From Eledone cirrhosa (taxonomy: Eukaryota): 64,000 bases of DNA. Shown here one piece after another: positions 1 to 13,109 of the stretch. Numbering within the stretch: position 1 is the stretch's first letter; each line of letters begins with the position of its first letter. The stretch is taken from the NCBI GenBank assembly GCA_964016885.1, contig OZ024742.1, positions 132,990,001-133,054,000 on the forward strand, read 5' to 3'. The notes under the pieces were generated by a model, which was given only the letters and a program-made list of their open reading frames with translations, did not search any database and had not been told where the DNA came from. The position numbers and the translations under genes were made by a program.

Positions 1-482
1 ATTTGTTTACTCATGGCGATTGTTTTAGCGTATGCTTGTGTATGTACGTATATGGATGCCTGTATGTATATATTTAATTTCAATTACCTCTGTATTTTCT
101 TTTCTTTATTCTTAACTCTGAAGCTGATAATCCTTCGTTTCCTAAATAGAATTTTAGTGAACGATTCAGTTATATCATTTACGTGGTTTTGTTTTTGCGT
201 GTAATTGATCTCACCGCTCCACATAATGACGTATTATTTCCGGTCATTGCCAGAGAACGTCTCCATGGACCACCTAATAGAATATTAGTCTACGACTTCA
301 TTCATACCATAAACGTAGTTTTGTAAATGTTTTCGCGTTCCAAATAATGACGTATTATCTTCGCTTTTTTTTCGTTCTTTGCCAGGGAACGTTTCTACAA
401 ACGAAAGTATCGTCTTCATGTCTTCCTTCGGTTGCAACGCTTTTTGAAATATTTACTTCTGCGTTCACAGATTGACTTTTTT

Positions 483-533
483 AGTTTCAGAACATCCCGT
501 TAAGGGTGAAAGCAGCGATTAATTGCTTAAACT
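483..533 (+). ncRNA. Degenerate type I hammerhead ribozyme
   Basis: AGTTT-CAGAACA(core, 2 changes from CTGAAGA)-TCCC gttaa GGGT-GAAA-GCA...TGC-TT-AAACT; all three stems pair; lies just upstream of an (AT)n tract. Confidence 0.5.
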
Positions 534-639
534 TTAATCTGTTATTTTAATAAATATTTACTCTACAGTTCTTATATATTGATATATGTTTATCCTTATC
601 GAGCCATCTTTGTATTTTAGTATTCAAATTTATTATTAT

Positions 640-770
<131 letters not shown>

Positions 771-1445
771 TAGCATAGTTATATGTAGAGGTGGATGGCT
801 TAGACATCCTTTCTGGTGTTTTTTTATCTATTGTCCCCAATAACACGACTGGGAAAAATGATGCTTTTATATACATGAGTTATGAGAAATGTCTATTCTC
901 TTTGATTTACGATATACCTAACCACGTGGTGATGGATTATTCTTTCATGATTTCAAAGGTAACAATCATCTAGAAAAAAAAAAAGTAAAAGCTGTTTGAA
1001 TGAACGAAAAGTAAACCAAACTAAATAATAATAACTGGGATATAAACCTAGCCTTGTGGGTAATGCTTATTTGGTTTTATGAGATTCAACGACAGCTGGA
1101 ATTAGTCGAAATAACGTCTTGACAAGTTTTAAGATGACAGTTATATTTATTGTGAAATGAGTGGTCCATTTTTTGTTACATTTCATTGCCAGGCTGGCTG
1201 GAATATATTCCTGTATAAATGAAGAAAGGTAGGTCAAAAGACGAAGAGTATAATGAAAACAGAAATAGGTAAGACTTAATGTGAAAGCAAGTTTCTTTCG
1301 TTCATAAAACTAATTTTCTTCCTCTTTATGATGCTTGAGGAAGGCTAGTTGGAAGAAATGCATTTTACACATAAATATACCCTCTCACAAAATACCTATA
1401 CGGCATATACACACATATACTCTATCCCTGTCTCATTCTCTCATC

Positions 1446-1450
<5 letters not shown>

Positions 1451-1527
<77 letters not shown>

Positions 1528-1533
1528 CCTCTC

Positions 1534-1577
<44 letters not shown>
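1451..1577. repeat. (CT)n microsatellite
   Basis: Direct reading; source of the SLSL/ERER pseudo-ORFs. Confidence 0.98.
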
Positions 1578-1580
<3 letters not shown>

Positions 1581-2257
1581 CACACACACATACATATATA
1601 CATGCGGGTTAAGGGTGGATTTTGGCAAATATCATTTAGAAAGCTAAGAGCACACGAAGCTGTAACAAAACCATTGCCTAAGTTGATATGAAATGAGATT
1701 AAATCCTGAAACAGCTCATGCTTGTGTATGCGTGTGCATACGTATATATGTGTATGTGCGCAAGTTTGCCTTTTTGTATATGTATATTTTTCTTTCTTTA
1801 TGTGTGTGTCTGTGTGTGTTGGTATCTTGCAGACTGGGATAATTCCAGGCTGCAAAACTGTGGCACAGCGTTTCGTACAATTGAGCTTTCTTTGTGTGAA
1901 GGTAGTTTATTAGTTGCCCCTGTATCCTATACTTTTTCTCTTTTATGATTGAGCTACTATTTCATGCCATCAACGTTGTCCTTTTTCTTTTCCTTTTCTC
2001 TGCATGTGTGTGTGTATTTTTTTTATTTTATTTTCGTGATACTCCTAGTCTTTCATTACTTAATAGCTCTATACGAGCTTTTAAATAAATAAACAAATAT
2101 GTAAATAATCGACTCCCTCATAACCATCAGTTCAAAATGTGCTTAAATAAAAAATGAATATGGCTATCTTAACTATAATAAACAAAGTGCGGAACTGCGC
2201 CCAGAATATATTTAGTTATCTCGTTTGTAAAATAAGTTGGATTACTTTGAATAAATA

Positions 2258-2445
2258 ATTGTTTCTACTTTTGGCACAAGGCCAGAAATTACCCACAGCA
2301 TTACTGGTACTTTATTTTATCGACCCCGTAAGGATGAAAGGCAAAGTTAAGCTCGGCGGGATTTGACCTCAGAATGGCAAGGGCCGTAACTCTATACGTC
2401 AAAGCATGGCATCCGACCATCTACCGATACTGCCAATCCAACGCC
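2258..2445 (-). mobile_element. tRNA-derived SINE, family S1 (abundant octopus-type SINE)
   Basis: Reverse complement of the S1 consensus GGTGGATTGGCAGTATCGGTAGAG...GAGTTCAAATCCC(B-box-like)...GCCTTTCATCCTTACGGGGTCGATAAAATAAAGTACCAG...GTAGAAACAATTATT. Confidence 0.9.
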
Positions 2446-3134
2446 TTACTTTGAACAAATAATGAATGAATATTACATAATGTATCTACTAAATTTCGTA
2501 ATTCTTCATTAAATATAAATGATGTTGTTGCCTATTTAAAAATTTACTTATTTTCAAATTTTCAAATGTCAACACTTATAAAAACATCGCATATATTTCC
2601 GTCGCTAATTTTCTCCTAATGCAGTTTATATATGATATCGTCTTTTTTAAATATATCAAAGATTACTTTATTGATTGCAGAAGAGAGTGTAACACAGATT
2701 CTTTTCAATTTATGTGAATATTGTCAATTACGATGTTATTTGACATATCATATCTACATGCATATATACTTGCGTATAATATCAATATGCACACTATAAA
2801 TGGTAGCAGAAAACCACCCATCGAGTGATTTTTCTGCTAGTCGTCTTTAAATTCGGGTAAATTACAACCTACATACGATTTGGTTACTAGATTTGTTTTT
2901 ACACCAGCAGTGTTTTCCGTTCTTCAATTTTCTGTTAAACAAACAGATGTTATCCACATATTATTTTGTACATATAGAAATGGTGTATTGTATATTCCTA
3001 TTGAGTTTTATATATTATTTTTATTATGTTTACCATAATATAGCTACGGATATATTTTGAATATATCAACATTTCATGTTCAAATTTTGATAAACTTAAC
3101 ACTCATTATGTGGGAATTACTTGAAAGCACCGTA

Positions 3135-3790
3135 AATTAATAATGGTTTATGACTTAGGCACAGGGCCAAATGTTTGGAGAGACGAGAATGTCGATTAAA
3201 TCGATCCAAGCGCATTACTATTACTTTATTTTATTGAAACCCAAAGGATGAAAGGCAGAGTTAACTTTCATGGGATATTAACTCAGAATTTAAAGGATGG
3301 TCGCTACATGCTGTAGCCTTAATTAATATTTCATTTCTACTTCTTGGCACAAGCACAGCAATTTGAAGAAAAGGGGAAGTCCGATTAAATCGACTGTAGT
3401 GCGTTACCGAAACTTCCTTCTATTGACCCCGTAAGGATGAAAGGCGAAACTAGACTTGGCGAGATTTAAACCCAGGACGTAACGGGCCGCAACTCTGTGT
3501 CACAATTAAATTGTCCGACCCTTTGCCGAGACAGGCAATCCACCATCACAACCTAAATTAATAATGGTTTCTGATTTAGGCACATGATCAACCATTTAGT
3601 GGAAACAGAAAGTCGGTTAAATCACCCTCAGTAAGATACTGCTACTTTATTTTAACGACCCAAATGATGAAAGACAAAGCCAAACTCGGCGAGATTTGAA
3701 CGCAGAACATAAAGCGCCGTAGCTGTCTGCCTCAAAGCATTTTGTCCAAAGCGCTACCGATACCGCCAATCTACTGCCATAGCCTAAATC
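3135..3790 (-). mobile_element. Three diverged S1 SINE copies, head-to-tail
   Basis: Three repeats of the GATGAAAG/ACTTTATTTTAT core at ~3240, ~3430 and ~3660, separated by (C)CTAAATTAATAAT-like linkers. Confidence 0.8.
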
Positions 3791-4489
3791 TATAATCATT
3801 TATTTCTTTTCTTTTACTACATTCCATGGTTCTGTTAGCCTTTGAATATTTGCTGGTTTTATGTTACGATACCATTATATGCTTATTTTCTTCTAGAATT
3901 TCCTCGAAACACTCCAAAATAAATCATTGCTCTGTTTTAGCATGCGCTTCGCTCATTGACTACGTTCATCTAGCCACGGCATGAGATTGTATCACACTCT
4001 TTCTCCTCGGGCGTCGGTCATTGTCATATTTCAATCACGTATTGCTTGAGAGAATACTGATATAATTCGTTTTGGGGTTTGTTCTCTTCCATGTTTCAAC
4101 AAGGTTCCCTCCGGGAAAGATCTATACAGTCCCTATTCATTTTTTTGTTTGTTTGTTCATTATTGTATTTCAGTTAGTCATTAAATGACGAATCATTCCT
4201 CCTACTTGGGACATGCTGTTCACCTAATATGTTACTGATTTTATTGTATTAATTGTTAGATTTTTGCATAACCTTGACGAACGATCATACCTCTGAATTT
4301 GTTCGGGCTTATCCGTAGCCGGTATTCAGCTAGGCACTGCATGTTAGAGGAATACTGTTGATTTCTTCGTTACTTTTGTTCATTAACAGCCTCCAGAGAA
4401 GCAGGGTGTAACATTTATTTCATATTATAATTGCTTCTACATCGATCGGCTCGATTTTGATTATGCAACCTTAATTTTGCACATACAAA

Positions 4490-4720
4490 CTACCCTCCAA
4501 GTCGGAGAGGGAGAATTGTTTTGTGGTATCCTGCAGTCGCACAGGTATACTACCCTACCCACTTGACACCACATATTTTATCCAGGGGAAGAACAAAGGC
4601 AGATAAACGTTGCCACCAAGGATATAGCTACTCACTTCCACAGCTGGTTGAAGTAGAGCACCGTGAATAATGCGTCTTCCTCTCGGACACAACACACCAG
4701 CGTTTACAGGGATAGGACTC
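4490..4720 (-). mobile_element. Diverged SINE, family S2 (CORE-like domain)
   Basis: Minus strand GTGTTGTGTCCGAGAGGAAGACGCATTATTCACGGTGCTCT...CAGCTGTGGAAGTGAGTAGC resembles 63190-63440. Confidence 0.55.
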
Positions 4721-4721
4721 T

Positions 4722-4769
<48 letters not shown>

Positions 4770-4774
4770 AATAA

Positions 4775-5486
4775 AAGTTCAGCATAATCGATGCTCTGGT
4801 TGGTTGCAGCTAAGCTAATGAATGCAATCGGAATGTGCGGCTAAGCACTCAATGATGTATTTTACCTTAGAGTAATAAAATTACGTTTAGGTAAATTTGC
4901 AAATTGAAGATTGCGACCGGTAAGCCAGCCGCAGGGACCAAAGCAACGAGAAAACTGACTCAGGATAATTTGACAAACCTGGACCATCGCGTCGATATTA
5001 TGGAATATCTCCGCTAGGTTTCTGTGAAATCCACTTGTGGGTTATGCAAATTATTGGTTTTGGAAGATCGAGCAGAGGTTTCACCTTCTCAACAGGTATG
5101 CGTTTCCAGCTGCTTCGGTTGTGAGTTTTAGCAGTAAACACTGATGGCGGTCACATGGTTTTTTTTCCTCAAAGGGGGGTAACTCCCGGTTTTTGGCGGT
5201 GAAAATTCAATTTTTGAACAAAGGAATAAATTCCTTTCCACAAACCGAATAAAGCTCTCTACCAGATGTTATTAAACAAACATAAATAATTAACCAATCA
5301 ATAGAATTGTCTAATCAAATTAATCAATTAATCATTAATAGGAGATAATAATACAAATGGAAGTTCAGCATAATCGAAGCTCTGGCTGCAGCTAAGCAAA
5401 CGAATGCAATCGGAATGTGCAGCTAAGCACTCAATAAGGTATTTTACCTTAGAGTAATAACATTACGTTTAGGCAGCTTTGCAAAT

Positions 5487-5488
<2 letters not shown>
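4775..5488 (+). mobile_element. Non-coding element with ~130 bp direct terminal repeats, inserted in (AT)n (PLE/retrozyme-like)
   Basis: 4775-4908 is repeated at 5361-5488 (period 586); (AT)n on both sides. Confidence 0.7.
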
Positions 5489-5561
<73 letters not shown>

Positions 5562-5687
5562 CAAGGTGAACCAAAAGTCACTTTTCATCTATTTTTATTA
5601 ATAAGGCATTAACAAGTAACTGAAAATTAACTCAAGAAAGATTGTGAATTTTTAAAAATACAACAAAAATAGAACTTTTGGCACAGC

Positions 5688-5749
<62 letters not shown>

Positions 5750-5850
5750 ATATATATATATAGATACACACACATACACACATGCACGCACACACACGCA
5801 CATACACATATATCTATATATGTGTGTGTGTGACTGTGTATATATATATG

Positions 5851-5928
<78 letters not shown>

Positions 5929-6315
5929 CATTGTGATAGAAAGAAAGTGGGAAGTGAAGAAGAATGACAGTGCGAAGTCTAAAGATTTTTTATACACGAA
6001 ACCTCAATGATTTCATATGGAATATGGATTTAATTGCATGTCTATATGCCAAGAATATTGTCAGAATGACACATAGCGTGTTGGATTACCACAAGCGTTG
6101 AATCCTTTTTAAATCAAACGACTGTAATCCCTGTGATGACCTTTTATACTTATTTTGTAAGAAGCTACACGTTTTTAAAATAAATACTTCAATGAATGAT
6201 AATGAAACGAGAATACTTATAAAAAACGAAAATGCTATCGAACTAAAATAGATATGCGTATATTTATATATATACATGCATGTAGGTATATATATATATA
6301 TATATATATATAATG

Positions 6316-6400
<85 letters not shown>

Positions 6401-6924
6401 GTAAATATATATATATATATGTGTGTGCATCTATCGCTGACTGAACCAGTATTTGCCTCTCTCTAATAAAGATAGATATAGAGGCAATTGGATTCACATT
6501 ACATAAATATAACAAAAGATAGGTTCAAAGATTTAATATGCAACATGGTTTATCCTACTTACATATATACATGATGTTTGTCAACTTGACATATAGTTAT
6601 TTCATGCCTCGGAGCAGTTAACGCAGCACATAAAACGACTGTTTTCTTTCATGATTATTTCATCAGCAACACAGGAAAAAGACTCACGGATGAACTCTTC
6701 TATGTTACTAACTGTCGATCTATACATCGCTCTCTCTCTCTCTCTATCTCTATCTCTCCCCCCTCTCTATCTCTCTATCTCTCTCTCTATCTCTCTTTCT
6801 CTCTCTCTCTATCTCTCTCTCTATCTATCTATATATGTATATATAGATAGATAGATAGAGATATATATATATATATATTCATCTCTCACTCTCTTTCTCT
6901 CTGTGTATATGTATATATTTATTT

Positions 6925-7196
6925 TAGGTCAGTATTGTGTGCTTGTATATGGTTGTTATTCCATTCATTTTTTCTAGGCAACATCGGTTTTCTTAGTTCT
7001 ATTTCTGTTGAGTCATTATAATGTTTAGATATTATTTTAATTTCTATATTGTCTATATTACCATCATATCTTTCTCTGGCGTGTTCATATAGTACTGAAC
7101 CGTCTTTTTGTCCTTTTAGTTCACCACAGTTTTGGACTTATCTCTCCGCAATGTTTCGAACTGTCTCACCTATGTATGTCATTGTCATGTTTCTGC
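6925..7196 (-). pseudogene. Penelope-like GIY-YIG endonuclease fragment (family A, diverged)
   Basis: Manual translation CRNMTMTYIGETVRNIAER*VQNCGELKGQKDGSVLYEHARERYDGNIDNIEIKIISKH; homologous to 21207-21759. Confidence 0.85.
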
Positions 7197-7385
7197 ACAC
7201 ACAGACTCAGGCACGAACATACACCAAACAGAAAACACAAACACAAACGCATGCGCAAACAGGGACAGGAATAAATAAATAAAAATAAAAAATCGAGTAG
7301 ACATTACAATACAACGAGAGGAAACATAGTAGTACCATTGATGATGTGACAGATGTGTTACTAAAGAACATTGATAGACTATATA
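7197..7385 (+). mobile_element. Inverted pseudo-LTR piece of PLE family A with degenerate HHR (7333-7376)
   Basis: Similar to 43680-43890; TTGATGA-T-GTGACA gatg TGTTAC-TAAA. Confidence 0.7.
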
Positions 7386-7407
7386 TTTATATATATATAT
7401 ATATATA

Positions 7408-7650
7408 TAGATAAATCTACCAAAATGTACGGTAGTGTCCAATCCGTATGAAGAACTCAATGTAATCCGAATATCATGAAAAGAGATGTATTCAAACATT
7501 TTTTTTCGATGAAAAATACAGGAAAACAGAGTCAAGATAAATTAATAAAAATAATGAATAAACAAAGAAACAGTTCCTTATATTAAATTTTTGAATTTTT
7601 TAATATAAGGAACTGTTTCTTTGTTTATTCATTATTTTTATTAATTTATA
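7408..7650. mobile_element. PLE-like family E terminus with 50 bp fold-back
   Basis: 7408-7587 nearly identical to 39296-39475; 7537-7587 inverted at 7598-7649; (AT)n both sides. Confidence 0.8.
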
Positions 7651-7671
7651 TATATATATATATATTAACCG

Positions 7672-9305
7672 TTGGTCAATCAATGACAAGCGCCAATCTC
7701 TTTGCTAGCACCTTGGCCAAAATCTTAAACCCTGTGTTGAGCAGAGTTATGGGCCTGAAGTAGTCTAATGTATCCCTCTTGTTCTCGTCTTTCCTTATCA
7801 GCGTCACCACTCCCCGGCTCACAGAACTGGGAATACACCCATTCTGCTGCCAGTTGCAGTAGAGTGCTTCGAGGAGATGGGAGAACAAGTCTGGCATATT
7901 TACATAAAGCTCGTAGGACAGGCCATCCAAACCGGGTGACTTGCGCCTCATGCAGCCGACAAGGGCGTCCTGAATTTCGGCTGCAGTAATCGGCCTTTCG
8001 CAGCGCTCAGCGTCGAGCGTCGAGATGCGCGGTAAGCCGTCAAGGTATGGACTGAAATCCGCTACTCTCTCTGACTCGCCACACTCCCCGAACAACCGAG
8101 CAAAGTGCTGGCGAAAGGCCTCACACATCGGCTTGGAATCGCTTATCTCGTGTCCATTGCGGTTCACCAAAGGCCGAATTGTGGTTTAATTACCACACTG
8201 CGCCTCCGCCACGCGGGCTCATCGAACAGCATTGGTTCCCTCGTTTCTCAGCGCACGCGCCTTAGCTCTGGCAATGCAACCTTCGTGTTTCGTATTGAAG
8301 AAATGGTCTAATGCCATTCTCGCCGCTAGCACGTCAGTTGCGATGCCACTACAAATAGCCTCGTCTAACCTATCTACCAGCTCCCCCTCCTTTCTATTTT
8401 TCTCTAACGTTAATTCGTTGCTGAACTCTATCGAAGTTACTCTAATCTCTCCTCTGAAAGCCCCCCACCATCTGTTGTTGATGATCCCCCCCTGTCAACT
8501 TTGCTCAACTAAGTTCTTGACTCGGTCCCTGTAAGCCTCACGTGCCGGAAATGACATGTTCAGCTTCCAGTAACCCGGTCCTAACCTACGCGTTTTATGT
8601 AGGTCGACCGTACACATCACAAATTTGTGATCTGAATAGGCGACCGTTTTAAAAAGTGGACAGCCCACAATATTCCTATCTATTTTCCCAATGAAGATCC
8701 TGTCTATATACGATCTAGATGACCCAATGGTTGGTCCATGTCCATTCTGACACATTGGGGAAATCTAGTCGATACCTGTCAGACAGTTGGAACTGGCTGA
8801 GTAGGTGTTTAAGGCTTTTGCACCCCCCGCTCCTATCGGCTACTCCCACACAATCCCAGCGTGCATCTAAGATGCAATTCCAGTCCCCCGCTAACAGTAA
8901 AGGGCGAGACGTACCCAGAAAAGTCTCCAGGCGCCTACAGAAGTCCGGTCGTCCGGCCCCTGTGGGGGCGTAGACGGCCAGCAGTCTAAAGGCACCACCT
9001 TCGCTATTGATCACATCCAAGACCACCAACTTACTGTCCGGACCCCGGAAGATCGACCTTACCTCAAGATCCAGTCCTTTCCTAAACAGCACTGCCACCC
9101 CACCCCCACATTCACGGCCTGCTAACAGATGCGAAGATCTGATAGTCGTCGAAAATGGGGGCTAGTGCGCGCCTGTCGGAAATTCTGGTCTCGCTGACGC
9201 AATCACATCCATGTCCAGCGATCTGAGGTCGTTGAGCAGGCGACCCTGCTTCCAGGCTGACCCCAGGTCGCGAACATTTAAACTTCCTACTCTTAATATG
9301 ACCAT
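7672..9305 (-). pseudogene. Tx1-like ORF2: APE endonuclease plus RT N-terminus
   Basis: MVILRVGSLNVR start at 9305; SETRI, AVYAP, GDWNCIL, WTW, YIDRIF, SDH, YWKLN, KSPGLDGL, FRPITLLN motifs. Confidence 0.93.
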
Positions 9306-9334
9306 GTTGGTAAGCTAAGAGAGAGATGGAAGGT

Positions 9335-11290
9335 TTACTTACCTCCGGGGTCTTGTGAAGGTCGGGTGGTTCGACGTGCATGGTTGGTGGGGTTTCTTTT
9401 GGGAACCCCTTTAAAGGTCTCGATGTGGGTTTCACATTCGGGGTTCTCTCGAATTTCGTTGAAGGAATTAAATGACATTTGGACCAGAAGCAAATCATCT
9501 GGCACCCAAAATGTGCTCCTTTGAAAAATCCCCCCTTCTGTTTGAATGTCCTCGCTTGGTGCTAAGAGGGCCATCAGTTTATCGTTGGCTCTTCTGACAT
9601 GCACGAAGATTTTAACATTTTGTTGGTGTGGTATTATTTGTTTTCGTTTTGGTGACTGTGGTGGTGTTGGTTTTGGTGGTGTTGTTTCGGGTATGTCTGT
9701 GTTTGTTGTAGGTGTGGTGTCTGCAATTTCAGGTATTTGTGTGTTTATATGTACTTGTGTTTGTTTAGGATGTTTGATTTTCGAGACTTGTGGAGGTGGT
9801 GTCGATGTTGCTGTTGTTGCTGATGTTATTGGGGAAGTGTTTGCGTTAGTGGTGTCTGTATTTTTTGTTGTGTATGTTTTTGTGTTTTGTTGGGGCTTTT
9901 TTTTTTGTGAGTTTTCTCTGTTTTTTTGCACTTTTGGGTTTCCCTTCATCTTCGCTGCTTGAAGACAAAGGGTATGTGTCTCTGTGTCTGTATGTGCGTT
10001 TATTGTTTTGTCTATGTGTATAATTGGGGTAGGGGGTAGGGGGAGTTGGATAGCTTTCCTCGTTTTCCCCTTGGATTGGTGTTGGTGTTGGTGGTGATCC
10101 GGCGGTTTTTGATGTTGGCGTCCGTGTCTTTGTTGGTGTTGTTTTTGGTTGTGGTGGTGGTGCTGCTGCTGCTGCTTTCCTTGCTGAAATTGGCGTTGGC
10201 AACAAAGGAGGTTTGCGACCCCCTGCATTTTTGCGCTGAGGGCAGAAGGCTTGCAGATGCGTTGCTTCCCTGCAGACCAAGTAGCGTGGCCTTCGTCAGT
10301 CAATGATTAGTCGGATTGTTGTCCCGTCCTCCAGGTGGGCAAAATCCGGGATGTTGTTCATGTATTCCGGTTTCATTTGAAGAAGAATCTCCAAATCCAT
10401 TCCGGACCAGTCCTCTCTCTCTATCCTTTTGATATCCCGGAAGGTAGTGTCTGTCTCCTCCTCGATTACGCATCCCAGCAGCCGCCATATGTTCATTCCT
10501 GGGGGGTTGCTGGGAATGCAGACCTTTACTGTCCTGTTACCCATGTAGGACGGAGGCATGATAATGCGTTCCGTTCTGCAGGAGGTCACCGAGTGCTTAA
10601 TAGCGAGGGCCTCTGTTTTGAACAGTACCGAGATGGTACCGAACTCTTTGCCTCTTGAATTATACTCTATGTTATTTCCGATGTACTCCAAAGCAGACTC
10701 GACCTCTGCTTGGCAGGCAAGTTCCACTTTTCGTGTCTGCACCGAAATGCATCGAAAGTACACCGTCCTCCTTTGCATGGCCGCTATTACCTCGTCTGGG
10801 ATGGTCAGGTTTTGCCAGGACCTCTCCCGTTTAATTAGCCTCCACGCTTGGGCCAACTGTTCGTCTTTATCGCTAATATCAATATCAATATTCAATAAGC
10901 GCTTTGTTTTTGCTGCTGTTGCAGCAAATGTGGTGCTTCTGATGCTCTGGTTGTTGGTGTTGTCATTCTTTCTGTTGTTATTGGTGTTGCTGTTGTTGTT
11001 GTTTTGTATTTTGATGCTGTTGCCACATTGAAGCTGTCGGTGTTATTGTCGTTATTGCTCTGAGTTGTTGCTGTTGTGGTGGTGGTGGTGGTGGTGGTGA
11101 TGTCGTTTTCAGATGATACTGCTGCTATCACAGAAGGTTGTGATGGTAGCTTTTGAGTTTTGCCTTCACATTCAGTAGAGTGGACGATAGGCATGACTGT
11201 ATCCGTCGTAGTCGTGGTGAAATCTACAGTGACTGCCTTTAAACTTTTGACCTGAACGTTGTTTACCGTTTCAAGTTCGAAAAGTTTCAT
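9335..11290 (-). pseudogene. Tx1-like ORF1 (T/N-rich N-term, central domain, zinc knuckle, P/T/Q/K-rich C-term)
   Basis: ORF track 10892-11290, 10296-10895, 9846-10280, 9335-10303; homologous to 50543-51900. Confidence 0.8.
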
Positions 11291-11761
11291 ATATTTTTTT
11301 GGTGGGGAAGCGATCTTTTTCGAAGTTTTTTTTAAATAAATCTGAATATTCGGGCTTAAAGCCCGAATATTGAAAGGTATCCCTCTTTTTAAATCAAGAT
11401 GTGTACCTTAAGTTTCGTTAACGACAAGAAAATACAAAAAATGACACTTTAAAACAGCTTAATGTTACGAACTTTTTCCACCGCAGATTTGTACTGTCTT
11501 CACACATGTGCCTCCATAATATAGTAAGAATAAGAAGAATAAAAGAAGAAGACCCACGTGGTGGATAGATTTTTATGGAATCGCTCCCGTAAGTTTTTGA
11601 TTTTTAACATATTTAAAACAATTGTGATATAACAATTCTTCGTACAAATGTGACATAAAGGACCAGGCTTAACTCTCAGGAAATTCGGATCCATAATATC
11701 CTGTTATATCGCTCAAATATTCAATTTTGTATTATACATTTTATTTTGTATTATACATTTT

Positions 11762-11930
11762 GGTAGAGGGTCGGACGCCATGCTTTCCAGCATAGTTACG
11801 TCCCTTTACGATCTGAGTTCAAATCCCGCCGAGGTTGACTTTGCCTTTCATCCTTACGGGGTCGATAAAATAAAGTACCAGTAATGCACTGTGTAATTGC
11901 TGGCCTTGTGCCTAAAGTAGAAACAATTAT
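11762..11930 (+). mobile_element. S1 SINE, young
   Basis: Near-consensus match, 5' end slightly clipped. Confidence 0.92.
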
Positions 11931-12299
11931 ACATTTTATAGCCAAATAACAGCAATTTCACCATCACAACAACCTAGATACACCACCTATCCCATCACCC
12001 CTCTGTGTACACTAAATACAACAGCCAGATAACGGCAATTTCACCACACCCACCACCACCAATCCCAGCATAATAATAATTACTATTATTATTGTCTCAA
12101 GTTTTCACAAAATGTTTAATTCCAATATTAAGAAAATATATCAACACACATATTAAACATACGCGACAAACCGCATAGATACACAGATCAAATAAACTAG
12201 AGTCTTTTCAACAAAACTCAGTAACGACAACGCCATCACTATAGTCACCGCCGCCTCCACTCCATCCATCATTGCTACCACTATCCCATCACCTTTGGC

Positions 12300-13085
12300 G
12301 AGTGCGTTCAGAACGGTTTCGTCGCTCTGCGCACATCTCTGACAGGCCCGTCTGATAGCACTTTCGTGCCTGTAGAGATTGTGTCGAACCCACAGTGCCC
12401 CCCGGTATCACTGCCAAGTGAGGGATTTCTGGAAGTTATTCTTCGTTCCCGGCTAGAAATTCCTCCGGTACAGATTGGTCCGTTCGACTTCATTGACGCC
12501 CAGAGCCACCCCCAGTGCTTCGTCGCACTTCCCCACCACTAATCTTCTATCGAACACGAGATTTGAAGTTCCATGACCACATTTCCCGCCTGGTAGAGGG
12601 AAGTGAGTGCCTGGCAACAGTCCAGATGCCAGTCACCAAGTCTCGGTCTCTTCTTTACCCAAGAGTGAATCTCATTCAAAGAGAGGAGATGCGGAAAACA
12701 CTGTCTGGTAAACGGCGATGACACCTGTTCACCTTTTAGGCAAAATATCTGGAGATGTCGAAGCCTCATCGCATATCTGCATATCATTAGCTACCACATG
12801 CCCAGCCCTCCAACTAGAGGCTACTGGCAGCAGATGGATCGCCTCCATAACGGAACCTGTCCCCTCCTCAAGAATTTGAAAAGGATCCGTTTCAAGATGG
12901 CGAGGCGCAGACCGGGGCAAGGCTCGACGGTCCGGCGGTAATAGATGACAGATGTACGCATTCGCCACCACCACCACCGGACCTTTCAATGATAGCTTCC
13001 TCGCTGACAATTTCTGATTGAGACTGGCTACACTGCTCGTTACCTCGTCCCAATTCTTATACAGCTGGAGGTCTGTTCCGAACGA
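12300..13085 (-). pseudogene. L1/Tx1 ORF2 internal fragment (post-RT region), copy 4
   Basis: SFGTDLQLYKNWDEVTSSVASLNQKLSARKLSLKG matches WFGPEFQTNRNWDEVTSRVASLTQKWAERKLSLKG at 48057-48629. Confidence 0.85.
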
Positions 13086-13109
13086 AACCCCGAAGCAAGT
13101 GTTGGCAAA

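Larger units (their letters stand above)
7672..11300 (-). mobile_element. L1/Tx1-clade LINE copy 1, 3'-truncated and frameshifted
   Basis: ORF1 pieces 11290-9335 with CCHC knuckle (VCREATHLQAFC); ORF2 with APE and RT N-terminus. Confidence 0.93.

Noticed and set aside
791-973. Possible host exon ending in AAG|GTAAC
   Set aside because: No recognisable protein similarity or convincing acceptor
9546-11031. Hydrophobic plus-strand ORFs (V/L/F-rich), also 35756-36136 and 50824-51355
   Set aside because: Antisense shadows of the A/C-rich low-complexity LINE ORF1
11762-11930. S1/S2 heads as tRNA genes; tandem S1 arrays as CRISPR-like repeats
   Set aside because: No cloverleaf, continuous with SINE body; eukaryotic context, no spacer structure or cas genes
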